A stretch of 64,000 bases of DNA from Balanoglossus misakiensis. Lineage: Eukaryota; Animalia; Hemichordata. The position numbers and the translations under genes were made by a program. The notes beneath the pieces were generated by a model. It worked only from the letters and a program-made list of their open reading frames with translations. It was not told the DNA's origin and did not search any database. The DNA lies in contig CM082576.2 in assembly GCA_040954595.2 (NCBI GenBank), forward strand, positions 14,511,129 to 14,575,128, read 5' to 3'. Below are positions 61,594-64,000 of the stretch, piece by piece. Every line of letters begins with the position of its first letter. Within the stretch, counting starts at the first letter, position 1.

Positions 61594-64000
61594 ATTTTTG
61601 AATATTTATTACCGCTCGAGGTATGTTGAATTGTTCGATTGAATTGTCACACAGTGAGAAACACTACAGAGAACTTTGAACTGAAATTTGCAAAAGTAGT
61701 TTTCTTTGGAGCGTCTGATTAAAATATAGTTTGAATATACTTGTGAATATTTATTACTAATGGTGATATAATGATTTGACTGAATTGTATAGATTTTTGT
61801 CTGCTCTACTTACCCAGATTTCTGGCCAAAGTATGCAGCTTAATTGATTGATTGATTGATTCTTCTACCTCAAATTTATTCAAGTAGTGTACCAATCAGA
61901 TATTTTGCTTCGTTAATTCTTAATTCAATGAGATCTGGGTATTCCGACTATAATGATATTCTCACTTGTCAATATTTCTTTCTTTTTCTCTTTTTGTAGC
62001 CTTTATTCCCTGGGACCAAACGATGTTAGGCTATGTATTTTATGTGTTCTATTTATTAATGTTTGATTTTGAGATACCGGTGTTTTACATATGAAACATT
62101 TAAATTGTCAGTTGTTATTAATTTAAATCTATGAGAGGCAGGAGAGACGTAGTCCACGTCTGACATGAGTGCTGTGACAGTTGAATTTTTGCAGTAGTTT
62201 GCTCTGCTCTGTTGAGGCCAGTTTTTGTGTTGACAGTGTATTTGTATGAATAAATCAATGTGTTACCATTGAAAATGTTTATTGTCGTGTTCTTTCCTGT
62301 ATGATTGTACGTTGGGATGTGCTCATCACAAATATGAAAATGGTATCACCCACACCATGGAGGGCGGAAGTTGGTCCTGGCGCTTTTTTCCCCATGATTC
62401 AAATTACTGTAAACGCCATATTGGAAATTCTGCCAACTTTCCCTCGATTTTGTAAAAAATCGCGCGACTAATATACATGTCGAATATGTTTTATTCTGAA
62501 AGAGTGTCCCCAAAGCTACCAAATTATGTAGAAATCAGCTTGGCCGGATTTCCCCTTTAACTAGTCACTTTCCTGGTCTTGCCTATATTGAATGTATAGG
62601 AGGGTTGTGGCACTACCATGATGTTGGCAGTACATGTATATGGAACCAACATAACACTGTTTAATATGCTTAGGCCACATTTCAATGGTAATGCGGTGTG
62701 AAATAAAATTAGGCCAAGAATTATGTGCAATGGGACTTGTTCAATAAATAATCCAAGGTTTCCGTCACCTTCAACAGGTTTCTCTGACTTGCCTACTGAA
62801 CAGCGCCCTCAAGACAAGGCCATTACTATTTGGATAGTGACCTTTGATGCGTGAAGTGTGTCTTGGCCCTTCTGAGAAATACAGTCAATATTTTATGCAT
62901 GTATGGCTAGACCACAGAGCAGGTAGTATAAAGTATTGAGTGTTGGTGTAGAATAGGGCTGCCCAAATAACTACCGACAGCTTACCCCCTTGACAAAGGG
63001 CGTTAAAGTCGTGTGCACATGCTTGAATTATCTATGGCCCCTTAAATAAATCTTATTCTGATGAAACCAGGCTTATCAACGGGGTATATGGATTACTTTT
63101 TCACGACAAAGCACAAATGGCAAAAATGTTGCAAATGCCGGTGGGATTAGGGGATCTTCATAAGTGTTTCTGGTACACACTAAACTCTTGGACACAGCTT
63201 ATTGCCAGCTGTCATAATTACGACTCCTTGACACAATCTTGTTTTTCCGAGATTTATTCTTGTAATAGCTGTATTTGCAATAAGCACATTACAAAAAATC
63301 AAAAGGTTTATCCACCTCCAGAAGTGTGTGAATGATTTTACACCAGCAATGGCTACATGTGAACATCAATTATAACACCGATTAGTGCGTCTCCTAAACC
63401 CCTTTTTCAAATATAGCAAAGATGGAATAGACAAGTCAAACCTTTTGATACTGGAAGAAAAATACATGACTGTGCCACACAGAAACTTTCTCACTCCAAT
63501 GGCTAATTATTATTAATTTTTCTGGTCTGAAAATTAACATTATTTCGACACTATTTTGAAATATTTATCAAAAAGCATGCTATGAGATTTGACAACTACA
63601 ACAAGCATTGGCCAAAATATGTCAAGTTTATGAAATTGATTACTATATCATACTGTATTGAGAGGAACTTGCTGTGGCTTTTAACCGACAAATACGTGGA
63701 AAACTTTTGACTGTTATATTACTACATAATGACACTACAATGATTAAAAACACCCACTTTGCTAATACAAATTTTGATATGGGGGGAAAAAACTACTCTG
63801 CAGTGAAATTATCAAGCAATGTCTTTTGGGTCTTGGCGCCCATCAGGTTCTAAGTCACATGGCTTTACAGTCTGGATAGTGGACAATACACAGTGACTTC
63901 AAAAGCCACCCTTTACAGTCACACAGGAACTTTGAACTGATTGTTAAATCATTTGCCATTATTAGCAATGATTTGACTCTCACATGTATACTCCCAGCTG

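Overview
AT-rich, intron-containing eukaryotic DNA; gene content and repeat style suggest a marine invertebrate, probably a deuterostome (inference). Protein genes supported by splice-phase-consistent exon chains: the 3' end of a death-domain gene (50-824, +); two single-coding-exon Arg-rich ORFs sharing a CCDC190-like coiled-coil motif (5636-6937 and 10617-11390, +); a secreted triple-WxxW-domain protein (14291-19247, -); MAP10/KIAA1383 (24713-28180, +); a secreted C-type lectin + F5/8 discoidin protein (32300-36439, +); and a 12-exon CoREST/RCOR gene carrying an extra GATA-type zinc finger exon (53069-61147, +). Five near-identical tRNA-Arg(ACG) genes are interspersed between 7.8 and 24.1 kb and share short conserved 3'-flank motifs. 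The 36.5-48 kb region is decayed and repeat-rich: a frameshifted IFIT-like TPR fragment, a 1.3-kb variant-coded GTTGAT minisatellite, an L1/Tx1 remnant, an orphan PHD-finger exon and a 5'-truncated kinase with 40-aa repeats. Many MITEs are present, plus a deleted LTR element with a tRNA-Ala-type PBS. All homology calls come from motif recognition by eye; no database searches were run.
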